Shown here: positions 1-12,923 of the stretch, one piece after another
How positions within the stretch are numbered: position 1 is the first letter of the stretch
Layout: every line of letters begins with the position of its first letter
Assembly: GCA_964016885.1 (NCBI GenBank)
Contig: OZ024755.1
Coordinates: forward strand, 18,972,001 to 19,036,000
Reading direction: 5' to 3'
DNA: 64,000 nt
DNA from: Eledone cirrhosa
Taxonomy: Eukaryota
Translations under genes and position numbers: made by a program
The notes under the pieces: generated by a model
Database searches by the model: none
What the model was told of the DNA's origin: nothing
Seen by the model: the letters and a program-made list of their open reading frames with translations, nothing else

Positions 1-337
1 ACTTCCCCTATGTCAGTTAGAATATAGTGACCATGGTTTCTATATTGTTCTTTAGTTCATTTCTATATGATTAAATACTTTACTACATCAGCAGACACTG
101 TTAAGGGACATGTAAACAGTTTTTTTTATTCTGTCGTTGACTTACCCCAATTAGAGACTATGATTATATGCAATTAGAAGGAAACACAATCTCCAAGTAC
201 ACCCAACATCATCATCATTGATTAAGTAGACCTATCATTAACAGCAGTCCATTTGTGACCACCCTATCTTTTTTTAAATGTAAATATATCGGACAATGTC
301 CTATGTTTATTCATGTTTTCTAGCTATTTGTACAATA

Positions 338-570
338 GCGTTGTCTAGTGGCAAGGGTGTTGGTCTACAATCATAATGTCATGGTTTCAATTCCTGGACT
401 GGGTTGTGTGTTGTGTTCTTGTGCAAAACACTTCATTTCATGTTGCATATTACTCCAGTATACTCAGCTGAAAATTAGTACCTACAGCAAATGATGAAGG
501 TGCGATGAACTGGTGTCCTATCCAAAGGGGAAGTGTTGCACTCTCAGTCACTTCCTGCCACAGAAACCAG
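338..570 (+). mobile_element. Old tRNA-derived CORE-type SINE (diverged)
   Basis: Degenerate A/B boxes (tctagtgg...ggtttcaattcc), CORE-like segment ttgtgttcttgtgcaaaacacttcatttca...ctcagctgaaaa, and tail gcgatgaactggtgtcctatcca...cagaaacc. Related copies at about 8000-8415(-), 38040-38175(-) and from 48305(+). Confidence 0.7.
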
Positions 571-572
571 AC

Positions 573-617
<45 letters not shown>

Positions 618-620
<3 letters not shown>

Positions 621-847
621 AACAAGTATGACCCCGACGGCAGAGCTCAAGCCGTTTCGACAGCTAATTCTGGACTAAAAAAAAAAAAAATAAATAAATA
701 AATAATAAAAAATCCAGAATTAGCCGTCGAAACGGCTTGAGGTCTGCCGTCGGGGTCATACTTGTTCCTATTACCCACTCTACGACCTTAAGTATTGAGT
801 ACTTTGGTCCGTTATGGTCCATCTGGTTCCTTACCACATTTCCTTCG

Positions 848-849
<2 letters not shown>
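618..849 (+). mobile_element. (TA)n-embedded PLE-like terminal fragment, family P1, with 5' inverted arm and 3' half of a hammerhead
   Basis: Inverted arms 618-674 and 713-769, then an 80-bp unique tail; (TA)n on both sides. GAAACGGC...GCCGTC|GGGGT gives HHR GAAA, stem III and a GUC site (cleavage after 751). Homologous to 33418-33614, 39249-39307 and 46144-46263. Confidence 0.75.
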
Positions 850-902
<53 letters not shown>

Positions 903-2513
903 TTATGTATGAACAAGTCATGGTCTCCTGAACTGACTTGCCTCAAATAGGACAACGTGTCTAACCCATGCTAACATTGAAAATAGATGTTAAACGATGA
1001 TGATGATATATATATATATATAAACAGCAATTTTGATTTCAAAAATTAGACTGTGTTGGTTACAATGAAAATATATTAAAGAAACACGTGAGACAGAGAC
1101 AGAGACTGACAAAGGAAACAGAAAAACCTGAAAAGGACAAACACATGGACAGTTCTTGTTCAGCTTTTGGGGATCATTATAGTTTTGGCTGATTTATATA
1201 TATATATATTCTGTTGAGTAATTTGCGTCTTCATAACAAACAAGATGTAGCATGTCTTGTGAGACTCAGCACCATGAGAAACTTCCATTGTAATACGTGT
1301 GTGTATGGGGTGGGTGGGGTTAATGTGTGTGACTTCCAACTAAATAACTAAATAATACTAAAAACAACTTGCATACACCAAATCTGTTGTTGTCGGAGTT
1401 GAGGTAATTTTCCTCTTCAAAGAATATCAAAATATTATGTCAGCAATACTCCCCTTTTTTTTTCCTTTTTTTTCTCCCCGGTGAATCTGCTCATCTACCT
1501 GCCTGCCTGTCAGATATAGTGATATAAATAGGGACTAAAATAACCCAAGCATCTAGCATGCTTTACAGATGAAATAGTCAAGGATGAAGGAAGACGAACA
1601 AAAACAAAAGATAGCAGTTTTTCCTGCTACTTTCTATTTCTGATATCTATATTTACATCTATTTTAATATGTTGGTGACTAAATAGCTGTCCTGTTTCCT
1701 TGCTGGTGAGCTAATTATATCTCAGTGCTACCATTTCTGAATACTTACAGAGATTATCTATCTACAGTTTACTCCAAAATTACCTGAACATCTGGCTGGG
1801 CTTAACAGCTCAACATTTACATCAATTTATAATGTAGACATGCAGTCAGATCTTCCTCTCCATACATTATTAATAGAGATATTTACATCAATCATTTTAC
1901 TTATGTCATTTTGTTTTTTAACTTCTTTATGAAAGGAAGCTTTTAACATTTATAGGGGGAACAACCATCAGGACACCTTCAAGGTTATACCCATTATTAG
2001 AAGTTAATAGCTAAAAGGGTGTTTCTTCTTTGAAGACCTTCTGCTGTTCAGCTCTCCTGAGAGTTTCTTACCACATAGAGTAATTCTTTGTTTCCATACA
2101 GTGTGTAGAGGATGTCCTAACTAATGTTGGTTGGTCATGTAATATGGAAATTATATATAATATAGTAATATATATATAATATAGAAGTTAAGGGCTGAAA
2201 CACTTGCTTGAGGGAGCTTTCTTCTCTGAAGACTTTCTGCTGTCTAGCTCTCCCTAGAAGTTTCTTACCACATCCATCAACTATCAACACACAAGTAAAG
2301 TATTAAGATTTTTAAATGAAATATAAAAATGAAATGATAGAATAAATTGTGACCCTCTATTAAAATACTTTCATTAAGAAGATAATTATTTCCAAATTCA
2401 GTAACATCACTTGTTTGAAAGATAAACCAGTCCTAGTTCCAATAGACTTGAAAACAATTCTTAACATAGTCAAGTTATCAGAGCCAGCAAATATAACTAT
2501 CAAACTATCTATG

Positions 2514-3641
2514 GAGGGCTGGGGGTGCCATGGCTGACGATGCGCAAACACGCGCTCAGGCTGCGGCACCTCCACATATTCCTTACCGGACAACCGGTGT
2601 GGGCCCCATTCGTGAGGCGAGCCTTCCCACGACTTGTCTCACTGACTGAGCTGCAGTCCTGGGTCAAGAAAAGACCGAGGAAAATGGGCGACTGGCACAT
2701 CGAATGTGCTCAGGCGCTCACAGCCCTCTGGCAGGTGGACCCGGCGATCAGTGAAGACTCCACTTCGTCATTCTATAGAGGGTTGGTCCGCAGCAAGTGC
2801 AACGACGCACTCAGAGAAACTCTAGGCATAGAGGAAGACGAACAGGCCAGTCTGTTCGGTAGGACCTTCTGCCCGGGACCGATGGACAACTTCCAAAAGT
2901 CCCTGGCAGTGCTACCGAGGAGCTCTACCAGTTCGAGATAAGCTCTACAGACACGGGCGCCCGGGCAGGGACCCTTCGAAAAAGATCTGTCCGAGATGCG
3001 TGCGAGACGAAGAAACCATCGCGCACGCATTCATACACTGCCCGGGTGTTACCGACCTGTGGGGCTATGTAGAATGACTATTGACGCGGGTGGGACCAAT
3101 CCGGTTGACCACCGAGTCAATTGTCATGATCAAACCGCCACCCTCCTTCAAAAACGAAGGAGAGGCGGTTTTCCTCTGTGTGATAGCTATGACGAAAGAG
3201 GTTGTATGGTGGATGAGGTTAAAAGGGCTGAGGTCAGACACCTTTCTCTCTAGCCAACAACTGGTTCTTTTTTTCAAATACCACTTTGGAAGAAGAATCA
3301 GGATGGAGAGAGAGGTGCTGTACCCCAGCAAGTTTTATGAAAGGTGGGTGAAAGTGGCGAGAATGGCCCGAGTGAATGGGCCTTCTCTCTATATCCGCCT
3401 GTAGGTTGAGGAAAAAGAGGAAGAGAGGAAGGGGGTACTCACTCTTCGTACTCCTGGAGATGAGGGTTGCACATTTTTTCGGGGGTATGTGTTACTCATA
3501 TGAAATGTCTCCCCCTATTGGAGAAAATCGATTAATTTTTAAATTGCATTTGTGATCGCATTTTACACGTTTTTATTGTATGTAAACTTCCCCCTTTGTA
3601 TTTGCCCCCTTCTTTTGTGCCCCTGTGGCTAAAAAGAAACA
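2514..3641 (+). mobile_element. 5'-truncated L1/Tx1-clade LINE 3' end (disrupted ORF2 C-terminus plus 3'UTR)
   Basis: GGLGVP motif at the start. After a frameshift near 2905-2925 the frame reads LPVRDKL...CPRCVRDEETIAHAFIHCP (zf-RVT-type zinc knuckle), has a premature TGA at 3075-3077 and continues in frame to 3404. GC-rich island; candidate TSD tatctatg at 2506-2513 and 3642-3649. Confidence 0.85.
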
Positions 3642-3662
3642 TATCTATGTATGTATAATGTA

Positions 3663-3724
<62 letters not shown>

Positions 3725-4423
3725 CCTGACTGAATCAAATCAATCAAGTAATTTACGTGACCAATCACTTCACAGTTGGATGGTGTTCCTGACAGAACAA
3801 ACTACTCAATGTTTTAATTGACAGTGGGGTGGTTGTGGCAGAGGTGTTTGAGGTGTATTTTTTTTTACCTTCCCTCCTCCTTTCAGCTAACTTAATTAAA
3901 ACTCACATTAAAGTGTGTAATGTGCTTTGCTTACGAGCTCCCATAATTACAGGCATTCCAACACTTTAATCAATCAGCCATCAGACCTATATAGACAAAG
4001 AAATCTCATTACAATGAAAACAGAGTCTAAGGGTAGGAGCTCAATATCCAAAAGTTCTATTCACTTACCTGAATTCATTAAAAGCTCTTTATTTTGAGAT
4101 ATTGACCAACATAACTCACTTTTGATTTTGCCTTTTGTTGCAGTTGATTTTAAATTCAACCCAAATCATAATAATTCTTCAAATTACATACATAGGGACA
4201 GTTCTTCAATCAACTACTAAACCAACTGGTTCATTGATCACAGAATGAAAAGAGAAATAAAAACCAACTTTCCCACTCAAAGATAAATAATTTTGTAGCA
4301 GTAAATCAAAACAAAAAATACACAGTCTACAGGAAATATACAAAAAATGCGATGGGATGGCGGAAAGAAATATATCCATTTATAGCAACAACTAAAAGAG
4401 AATTTCTAAATGACGAGACCATC

Positions 4424-4488
<65 letters not shown>

Positions 4489-4988
4489 ATGTGGTATATA
4501 AATGATGACATTAATATTCTTATCAGATACATGTTTTATCCACTTGTTATCAGTGATCAAAGGAGCTTTGGAAAGTTCTAGCAATCACTTCATTTATGAG
4601 TAGTTAGAAGAAGAGAATTCAAAGTTATCCAAGTAATGTTTTGAAAAGAAAAAATCAGCCTGGTTACCAGAAAGTAATTCAATGACGAAGTGAGAGGACA
4701 ATAGTCTGGATAATTTGGAGATGTTCTGAATTCTTGATTTCAAATTCTACTTTAGTTGGTATAGCTCTTCGTAAACCAGGGATTGATAAAATACCTTCTA
4801 GTAGAGTACTCTAATATAAATATTGAGTTCTAATTTAGACACAAGGCCAGAAAATGTAGGGGAAACGTCAAAATCAATTAAATAAGCCTTAAGTACTTAA
4901 CTGGTACTTTATTTTATCAACATCAGAAGGATGAAAGACAAGATTTGCTGGATTTGAACAAAGAATGATAAGAGCCACAACAAATACT

Positions 4989-5174
4989 ATAATTGTTTCT
5001 ACTTTAGGCACAAGGCCAGCAATTACCCGGTGCATTACTGGTACTATATTTTATCGACCCCGTAAGGATGAAAGGCAAAGTCAACCTTGGCGGGATTTGA
5101 ACTCAGATCGTAAAGGGACGTAACTATGCTGCAAAGCATGGTGTCCGACCCTCAACCGATACTGCCAATTCACC
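4989..5174 (-). mobile_element. Young tRNA-derived SINE, family B
   Basis: Reverse strand has A box TGGCAGTATCGG, B box GAGTTCAAATCC, central gcctttcatccttacggggtcgataaaat..gtaccag and tail ggccttgtgcc...gtagaaacaattat. About 20 copies in the window. Confidence 0.9.
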
Positions 5175-7999
5175 ATACTATAATGACATTTTATTAGGTG
5201 CTCTGTTAATTCCTGTTAATTCCTTACCGTAAAAGATACACATACACGCACACACACACATATACAATGACTTCTACAAAGTATTCCAACTATGACCATC
5301 CAATCTTTGTTTTCAGGTTTCCTGAATTTAATACCCTTACAGCCTTAGATATCAACTTTTATAAGACAGTAGTATCTGATTAAAGGGAAATTTGGTTGCT
5401 ATTTCTAACAAGTTGAGCAACCATTTAGTGGCTTCCTTGCTTGTAACAAGATGGATAAATGTAGTTAAATGTCCAGACACTAAGATCATAGCTGCAGAAA
5501 TTCAGTTCAAGAGAAAGTGTATATAGAGTGAATAACTCAAATAAGACAGAATATATTTATAAGTTTTAAATATTATTGAATATTTATAAATAAATAAAAG
5601 AACCCTTTATGTTTCCTAAAAAGATTGGATTATATTACCTTGCTATAAATTTCCCAGAGTAATATCTATTGAATAGCATATTTATATTAAAAAAAAGTTA
5701 ATGAATGAGAAAAAATATATACAAGTTTATGAGTGTATAGCTGTAGACACACCTACATATTCACTTTTTCACTTTCTCTATAGAGAAAGGAAAATATATA
5801 TGTCTACATAAGCAGATTTATCAGTAAAAATATCATGGCCATCACTGAAAATCTCTAGAGGATGTAATTCTTTTGCAGCTGGTTAATAACTTAATACCAT
5901 ATATTCCTAAGAGATGGTATCTGCACGCTGCCAATAAATAGATGATCATTGATTTCCATAAAGTTCTTTTTATAGTAATAACCCCCACATTTACCCTTCA
6001 AATGTGACAAAGAGATCCTTTATAAACTAGTTCACGTTCCTATCGAATTCAATATCATCAGAGGTCAGTTTCTTTGATTTTCTGCCTTATTTTTATACAG
6101 AAACATTTCAGCTTTACAATTTCAGTTATAGTCAATTTATCTTTTACTAGAACCAATCTTTGGACATAACAATTACTTGCTTTTATCAATAATTCCTGAT
6201 CATTGATTTCTTACATGTATAGTGTTTTACTGAGATTAGTCTAGGTGAACCTTTTCGAAATCATGTGCCCACATTGGTGATAACCTTCAACAAAATATGT
6301 CCCATGTACTAATAGGAATTTTGGAGCAACAGATCATCATTTTTATCATATGATGATCTGTTGCTCTAAAATTCACTTAAGCCAGTTCCTGTCATCTTTG
6401 TCAACACATGATCGAGTCATCTCATATTCACAATATTTATCAGTAGCTCTATTCCTATCACCCAATCACTTTCACCCTTCCCCAACACATGATTCAGCCA
6501 TATTATTACATAATATTCATCACCATCTTCCTCCTTCTTAGAGACCCTTAATTAATCCATCAAGCCATTCTGATTTCTGTTCTTTCTAGCCTTCTTTGCT
6601 GCTCTTGAACATCCATCATCCATGCCTCATTCCCATAAATCATGCCACTTCTCCCCACATACAGTATACATCTTTCCCTTTAGTTTCAGTGACATTTCCC
6701 TCATTATTTTCATCCCGTTTACTTCTGGTACCACTTCCATGAATATCTCACCCTAGCTACTGTCAGCCAATCTGATTCACCTTCTCTACTCTAATATAGG
6801 GTTTATTAACTTAAGAAATCATTTATTTTCATTTACTTGTTAAGAGAAGCCAAACATAATTGGCATGAATTATAAATTGAATACAAGGTTAAAAAAAAAA
6901 GAGCATGACTACATACACACATGTGTGTGTGTGTGCATGTACGTGTGTGTGTGTCATTTACTAATATGACTTTAATTCTTGAAACTTAATTCCCACTTCA
7001 AGGACAAAAGACAAACACGAAAGGGGTTCTACATTGAGTAAAGAGATGGTGAAATCAATAAACAGAAACAGCAAATATAATATTACTTATGTTTTCTAAT
7101 TTAGGCACAAAGCCAACAATTTTGGGGGAGAGAAAAGTCGAATAAATCAACCCAGTGTATTAATGTTACTTTATTTTAACAACCCTGTAAGGATGAAAGG
7201 CAAAGCTAAAAGCTAACCTTAGTGGGATTTGAGCTTAGAACTTAAAGGGCCATAATTCTATGCAGAAAAACGTCTGATGCTCTACTAATACTGCCAATCC
7301 AATGCTTTTAATATAATAATAATAATAATACTAATATGATTTTTTTATGTAAGGCTTCTTTAGCAATCAGTTGCTAGGTGATGCATGTTTATTATTATAG
7401 TTTATCAACTATAAATTCCGTCATTAATTTTGTTATAGTATTAATAATAATGACAATAATAGATTAATAATAATTTCAATAGAGATCCACAGCAATGAAA
7501 ACTGTAGTCAGCTAGCTAACATAATAAATATAAATCTCTTTGAAACCTATTTGAACAAACATACTTCTGCATGCTTATATATCAATACATAAGAAAATAT
7601 TCTACCCCCTTGCCCCTATTCCTAGTCTATTTGTTTTCCCAGCTCTAGCAAACACATCCCCTCAACACACTATAATCTTCTTGTTGCACCATAGGTTTTA
7701 CAAATTATTCCATTGGTTAATATCTGACGTGTTCAAAGTTATACAGGGGAAAGAGAGAAAATAGTTATTTAGACATTTCATTTAATTTTTGTTGTTTATT
7801 TTTCTCCCTTCTCAAGTATAGACTATACTGACCAATACAAACAACACTGCTAGTACATTATAATTATTCCTCTGCCTTTCTCTGTTCAACCAACCTACTA
7901 TCAAACATTTGGCATTGATTTTTTTTCTCTTTTTAATCCTTGGAGTTTTAACTGTTGGTTGTAGTAGTAGTAGAATGAAATAAAAGTCTTAAAAAAAGT

Positions 8000-8415
8000 C
8001 TAAAGTCTGTCTCAAGCCCCGAGATACATAATGCTAGTGCTTATCCCAGGTTCCATGGCATGAAGCAACTGAAAGTACAAGACTCCCGCCCCTATTGGAC
8101 AGGATGCCAGTCCATCAGAGGGTTAAAGTCTGTCACGAGCCCAGAGGCTAATCAGGTCAGTGCTTAACCCCGATTTCTGTGATGTTAAGTGACTAAGAGT
8201 ACAAGACTCTCCGCTGAACAGGACGCCAGTTCATCACAATCACAGGGTTAAGCCCCTGCTATTGCTGGTACTCATTTTCAGCTGAGTATACTGGAACAAC
8301 ATGAAATGAAGTGTTTTGCTGAAGAACACAACACACAACTCAGTCCAGGAATCAAACCCACAACATTTTGATCGTCAGTCCAACACCCTTACCAGAAGAC
8401 CATATGCACCTCCAC
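8000..8415 (-). mobile_element. Old CORE-type SINE with duplicated tail
   Basis: Reverse-complement match to the 338-570 family; tail segment aaagtctgtc...caagactc...caggatgccagt occurs twice. Confidence 0.7.
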
Positions 8416-8988
8416 TATGGAATAAAACCTACTAAAGTAATAAGCAAGGCATCATAGTGATGGCTCAACAAGCTGACAATCTAAAATAGAAGGGAAAAAG
8501 ACAATAAATTGACTATTTCTCTATTTATTGCTGAACTTGCTAACCACTTGTCATCCCTTGATATATAATGGGAAGAAGATACTATCAAGTAAATATTTCC
8601 CAAACAACATATTGAGATTATTTTATGCTTTGTTGAACATCATAATAGAGACATTTGTTTTTAACAGGTCTTCTAAATACTAATCCTCCCTCACACACAC
8701 ACACACATACATATGCATGCATATACACAAGCATACACACACATGCTTACACACCACAAAACACAATCATTCATTCATATGCATAACAGGTTTTAACATT
8801 AAAAAAAAAATACAATTTTGAAAAATGCAAAAATAAATAGAAAGAGAAATGAAGAAAGTGAGGAAATGGATGGAAAGAAAGAAAAAGGGAGAGAAAGAAA
8901 GAGAAAGAATGAGAGAGAGAGAAAAAATGAGAAAGAATGAGAGAGAGAAATTGTATCTGAAAAATAAATCCTTACCAAAACAAGAATT

Positions 8989-9528
8989 AATATTGTTTCT
9001 ACTTTTGGCACAAGGCCAGCAATTACCCAGTGTGTTACTGGTACTTTATTTTATCGACCCCCCGTAAGTATGAAAGGCAAAGTTAACCTCGGCGAGATTT
9101 GAACTCAGACCATAAAGGGCCGTAACTCTTTGCTGCATAGCATTCAGCAATGAGCTCTGCGCATTCCTTGGGGTCGTCAGTAACCTGGCTTGTGAGGGGA
9201 TTGCGAAGAGGACCAACTGGAGAGTGAGGCCTCTGCTTTGAGTGAACATACTTCCAGAACACCTTACTGTCAGGGCTGGTTGCTATGCGCTGCATCAGTT
9301 GTTAGCTGTCGAGACACTGCATCCTTTAAGGCCTCCATGCTTCCCGAGATCCGCCAACATTACAGCTAACACATACACACATGTACTTCCCTGACATTTG
9401 TGTATTATTCTATGTACTATACATAGACCTTTGACGAGTTGTAGTGCACCTGAGCACTTTACACAATAATTTCATTATTATTATTTATTATGGCGTCCGA
9501 CCCTCTACCGATACTGCCAATCCACCGC
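8989..9528 (-). mobile_element. SINE family B split by a LINE insertion
   Basis: SINE B sequence stops at gctgcatagcat (9143) and resumes at tggcgtccgacc (9491). Confidence 0.85.
9144..9490 (+). mobile_element. CR1/L2-like LINE 3' end with an inverted upstream ORF2 fragment
   Basis: 9144-9295 on the minus strand reads DSKVFWKYVHSK...VGPLRNP...DDPKECAELI (EN-RT linker type). 9296-9490 on the plus strand reads VVSCRDTASFKASMLPEIRQHYS*, then 3'UTR and an (ATT)n tail. Confidence 0.7.
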
Positions 9529-9963
9529 TAAGATGTTCTACTCTAGGCTCAAGACCAGTAATTTCCCTACAGGGAACAGCCTGAATATTGAGAAAGGTTC
9601 TGGACTACCAGCAGTAGTGAAATGACAAGGAATGATATGAAAACGTTGGAGTTACCCTAAGTTACTAGTTGCAGCCTGGTATCCCCTGAAATAACTGGCC
9701 AAAAGTAGCCTCAAAGTTGGTAGTGATAAATTGCAGTATTTGAACTCGGGACAAAATGGGTCATAACACTATGCTGCAAAGCATGTTGTCTGATGCGCTA
9801 CCGGTCCTGTCAATCCACTAACCTTGGTAATAATAAATATTATACAGAACCTTTACTATTGTTGTATATTTCTGGCAATGTTATAACAACATGATGCTCT
9901 CCAAATATAACAATATTTGTTTCAACACACGATTTCATATGAAAAACCTTGTAAAATAAATTA

Positions 9964-10245
9964 ATAATTGTTTCTACTTTTGGCACAAGGCCAGCAATTA
10001 TTCCAGTGCATTACTGGTACTTCATTTTATCGACCCCGTAAGGATGAAAGGCAAAGTTAACCTCGACGGGATTTGAACTCAGATCATAAAGGAACGTAAC
10101 GCTATGCTTCAAAGCATGGCGTCCGACCCTCTACCGATACTGCCAATCTAATAAATTAATTGTTTCTACTTTTGGCACAAGGCCAGCAATTACCCAGTGC
10201 ATTACTGCTACTTTATTTTATCGACCCCGTAAGGATGAAAGGCAA
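9964..10245 (-). mobile_element. SINE family B, one near-full copy plus one partial copy
   Basis: High identity to other family B copies. Confidence 0.9.
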
Positions 10246-10257
10246 ATAAATTAATAA

Positions 10258-10470
10258 TGAGTATTCCTTAATAGGGATGAGTCATCCTAGTGAGGATTAA
10301 CAATAACATTTTAAACAATAAGTATTCCTCGGGATGAGACAACCGAGGGCTACTCGTGGAAAAACTCTATAAAACCACGGTTGCTCTGACCATTAGGTGG
10401 GATTTGAACTCAGAGCCCAGAGATCCGGAAAAAATAGCAACATTTTAATGACTCAACTAGTTGTCCAATC
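10258..10470 (-). mobile_element. Third tRNA-derived SINE type with a stem-loop tail
   Basis: Minus strand has B box gagttcaaatccc and tail hairpin cctcgg-ttgtctcatc-ccgagg; a degenerate second tail lies at 10258-10298. Confidence 0.5.
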
Positions 10471-10597
10471 AGAGAATATATACGGTAATGTGGAATAAAT
10501 AGAGATGTAAAATAAACGAAAACATCTTGAAACACAGTTGCAATAGTTGTGTATGATGCTGATGATTATATATATATACATATATATATTACACACA

Positions 10598-10634
<37 letters not shown>

Positions 10635-10791
10635 ATATATTTGTTTTTTAAATGCGCATAATAAAATACATGGAACTCTTTTAACCATCTTTTGTTGTTA
10701 TATATTATGTATACTCCAGTCCTACAAACTGTAGAGTGCTTCTTATCCGATATCTGCATTGCTTTATTGTACTACAATAAAACTCACCTCC

Positions 10792-10883
<92 letters not shown>

Positions 10884-10970
10884 AGTGTGTATGTGTATTA
10901 TACGCATGTACACAAATACAGCAAAATTCCTATAAAAATGCATCCTATGCAAACATGATATATATATATA

Positions 10971-11318
10971 GGAGGCACATGGCTTAGTGGTTAGAGCATT
11001 GGCCTTGCAATCGAAAGGTTGTCAGTTCAATCCTCAGACCGGGTGATGTGTTGTGTCCTTGAGCAAGACACTTTATTTCACATTGCTCCAGTTTACTCAG
11101 CTGTAGAAATGAGATGATAGGGACTGGGGTCCCTATCATTCCACTGCAAAGTGGACGTGTAGGCGCCACGGCAAAAAAGCACCCAGCACTCACTGTAAAT
11201 GAGGTTGGTGTTAGGAAGGGCATCCAGCTGTAGAATCAAGCCAGAATCAGTTCTCGTCCCACCCTTGCAAGCAGGGAAAAAGCGGACGTAAAATGAAATG
11301 ATGATGATGATGAATGAT
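10971..11318 (+). mobile_element. Young tRNA-derived CORE-type SINE, family A, with RTE-type tail
   Basis: A box TGGCTTAGTGG, B box AGTTCAATCCT, CORE-like segment, ggtgttaggaagggcatccagctgtag and an (ATG)n tail shared with local RTE 3' ends. Confidence 0.92.
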
Positions 11319-11329
11319 ATATATATATG

Positions 11330-11387
<58 letters not shown>

Positions 11388-11575
11388 TATGTATATATCC
11401 ATTACATATTTATCCCATGGGAAATGAGTAGTTTAGTGATAATGAAATAATTTACACCCAGAATAAACAAATAAATACTACTACTACTACTATAACTGGC
11501 ACTACTACTACTATTACTACTACTATTATCACTGCTACATTTAAACTATCATGTGACTGTTTCACTATGTCCACC

Positions 11576-11647
<72 letters not shown>

Positions 11648-11735
11648 GGACCTGGCAGTGGTGGCAGTGGTAGAATTGGCAGATATGTATGAGACTGAAT
11701 CAAAAACAAAAACTCATACACAGAATTAGTTTTAA

Positions 11736-12080
11736 ATCATCATCATCATCATTTCATTTTACTTCCGCTTTTTCCCTGCTTGCAAGGGTGGGACGGGAAC
11801 TGATTCTGGCTTGATTTCTACAGCTGGATGCCCTTCCTAACACCAACCTCATTTACAGTGAGTGCTGGGTGCTTTTTTGCCATGGCACCTCCACGACCAC
11901 TTTGCAGTGGAATGATATGGACCCCAGTCCCTATCATTTCATTTCTACAGCTGGGTAAACTGGAGCAATGTGAAATAAAGTGTCTTGCTCAAGGAAACAA
12001 CACATCACCCGGTCTGAGAATTGAACTCACAACCTTTCGATTGCAAGGCCAATGCTCTAACCACTAAGCCATGTGCCTCC
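11736..12080 (-). mobile_element. SINE family A
   Basis: Near-identical reverse complement of 10971-11318. Confidence 0.92.
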
Positions 12081-12161
12081 ATTCTAAACTATAATAAAGG
12101 AAGGTCTGCGGGACTGCGTACGGTTTATTTTTTTTTTATCCCGTTAGTAAAATAAGTTGGA

Positions 12162-12742
12162 TTACTTTGAATAAATAATTGTTTCTACTTTTGGCACAAG
12201 GCCAGCAATTATCCCAGTGCATTACTGGTACATTATTTTATCGACCCCGTAAGGATGAAAGGCAAAGTTAACCTCGGCGGGATTTGAACTCAGAATGGCA
12301 AGGCCCGTAACTCCATGCCTCAAAGCATGGTGTCTGACCCTCTACCGATACTGCCAATCCACCGCCCTGCCCTTACTTTGAATAAATAATTGTTTCTACT
12401 ATTGGCACAAGGCCAGCAATTACCCAGTAGATTACTGGTACTTTATTTTATCGACCCCGTAAGGATGAAAGGCAAAGTTAACCTCGGCGGGATTTGAACT
12501 CAGAATGGCAAGGCCCGTAACTCCATGCCTCAAAGCATGGTGTCTGACCCTCTACCGATACTGCCAATCCACCGCCCTGCCCTTACTTTGAATAAATAAT
12601 TGTTTCTACTATTGGCACAAGGCCAGCAATTACCCAGTAGATTACTGGTACTTTATTTTATCGACCCCGTAAGGATGAAAGGCAAAGTTAACCTCGGCGG
12701 GATTTGAACTCAGAATTGTTCAAATTACTTTGAATAAATAAT
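12162..12742 (-). mobile_element. Tandem array of SINE family B (2 full + 1 truncated)
   Basis: Units of about 210 bp, each bounded by ttactttgaataaataat (12162, 12373, 12583, 12725). Confidence 0.9.
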
Positions 12743-12835
12743 GAATGAATATTACATAATTTATCTACTAAATTTCGTAAACAAAAATAATTTCGTAAAA
12801 ATAAATAATTTAAAATTGACTTCTTTTCAAAGTTG

Positions 12836-12923
12836 CACTTCCGGTATATCGTTGCCACCACCACCACTCAACTACCATATATATAGAAAGAGAGAGTGCG
12901 TGGTGTCAACACTTCCGGTGACG
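12836..12923. promoter_or_regulatory. Candidate housekeeping-type promoter: paired ETS sites
   Basis: CACTTCCGGT at 12836-12845 and 12910-12919, the second overlapping TGACG, in unique sequence with locally raised CpG. Confidence 0.4.

Noticed and set aside
4062-4200. Minus-strand exon ending at a strong donor CAG|GTAAGT
   Set aside because: Stops in all frames shortly upstream; no supportable acceptor or partner exon.
6040-6800. Possible very old Penelope GIY-YIG remnant (also 34850-35340)
   Set aside because: Only a vague resemblance; no motif can be read with confidence.
10971-11045. tRNA gene
   Set aside because: tRNA-like head continues into a SINE body and tail in many copies.
10984-11223. 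Recurrent 79-aa ORF MPFLTPTSF... (also 11828, 22688)
   Set aside because: Antisense reading frame of SINE family A copies.
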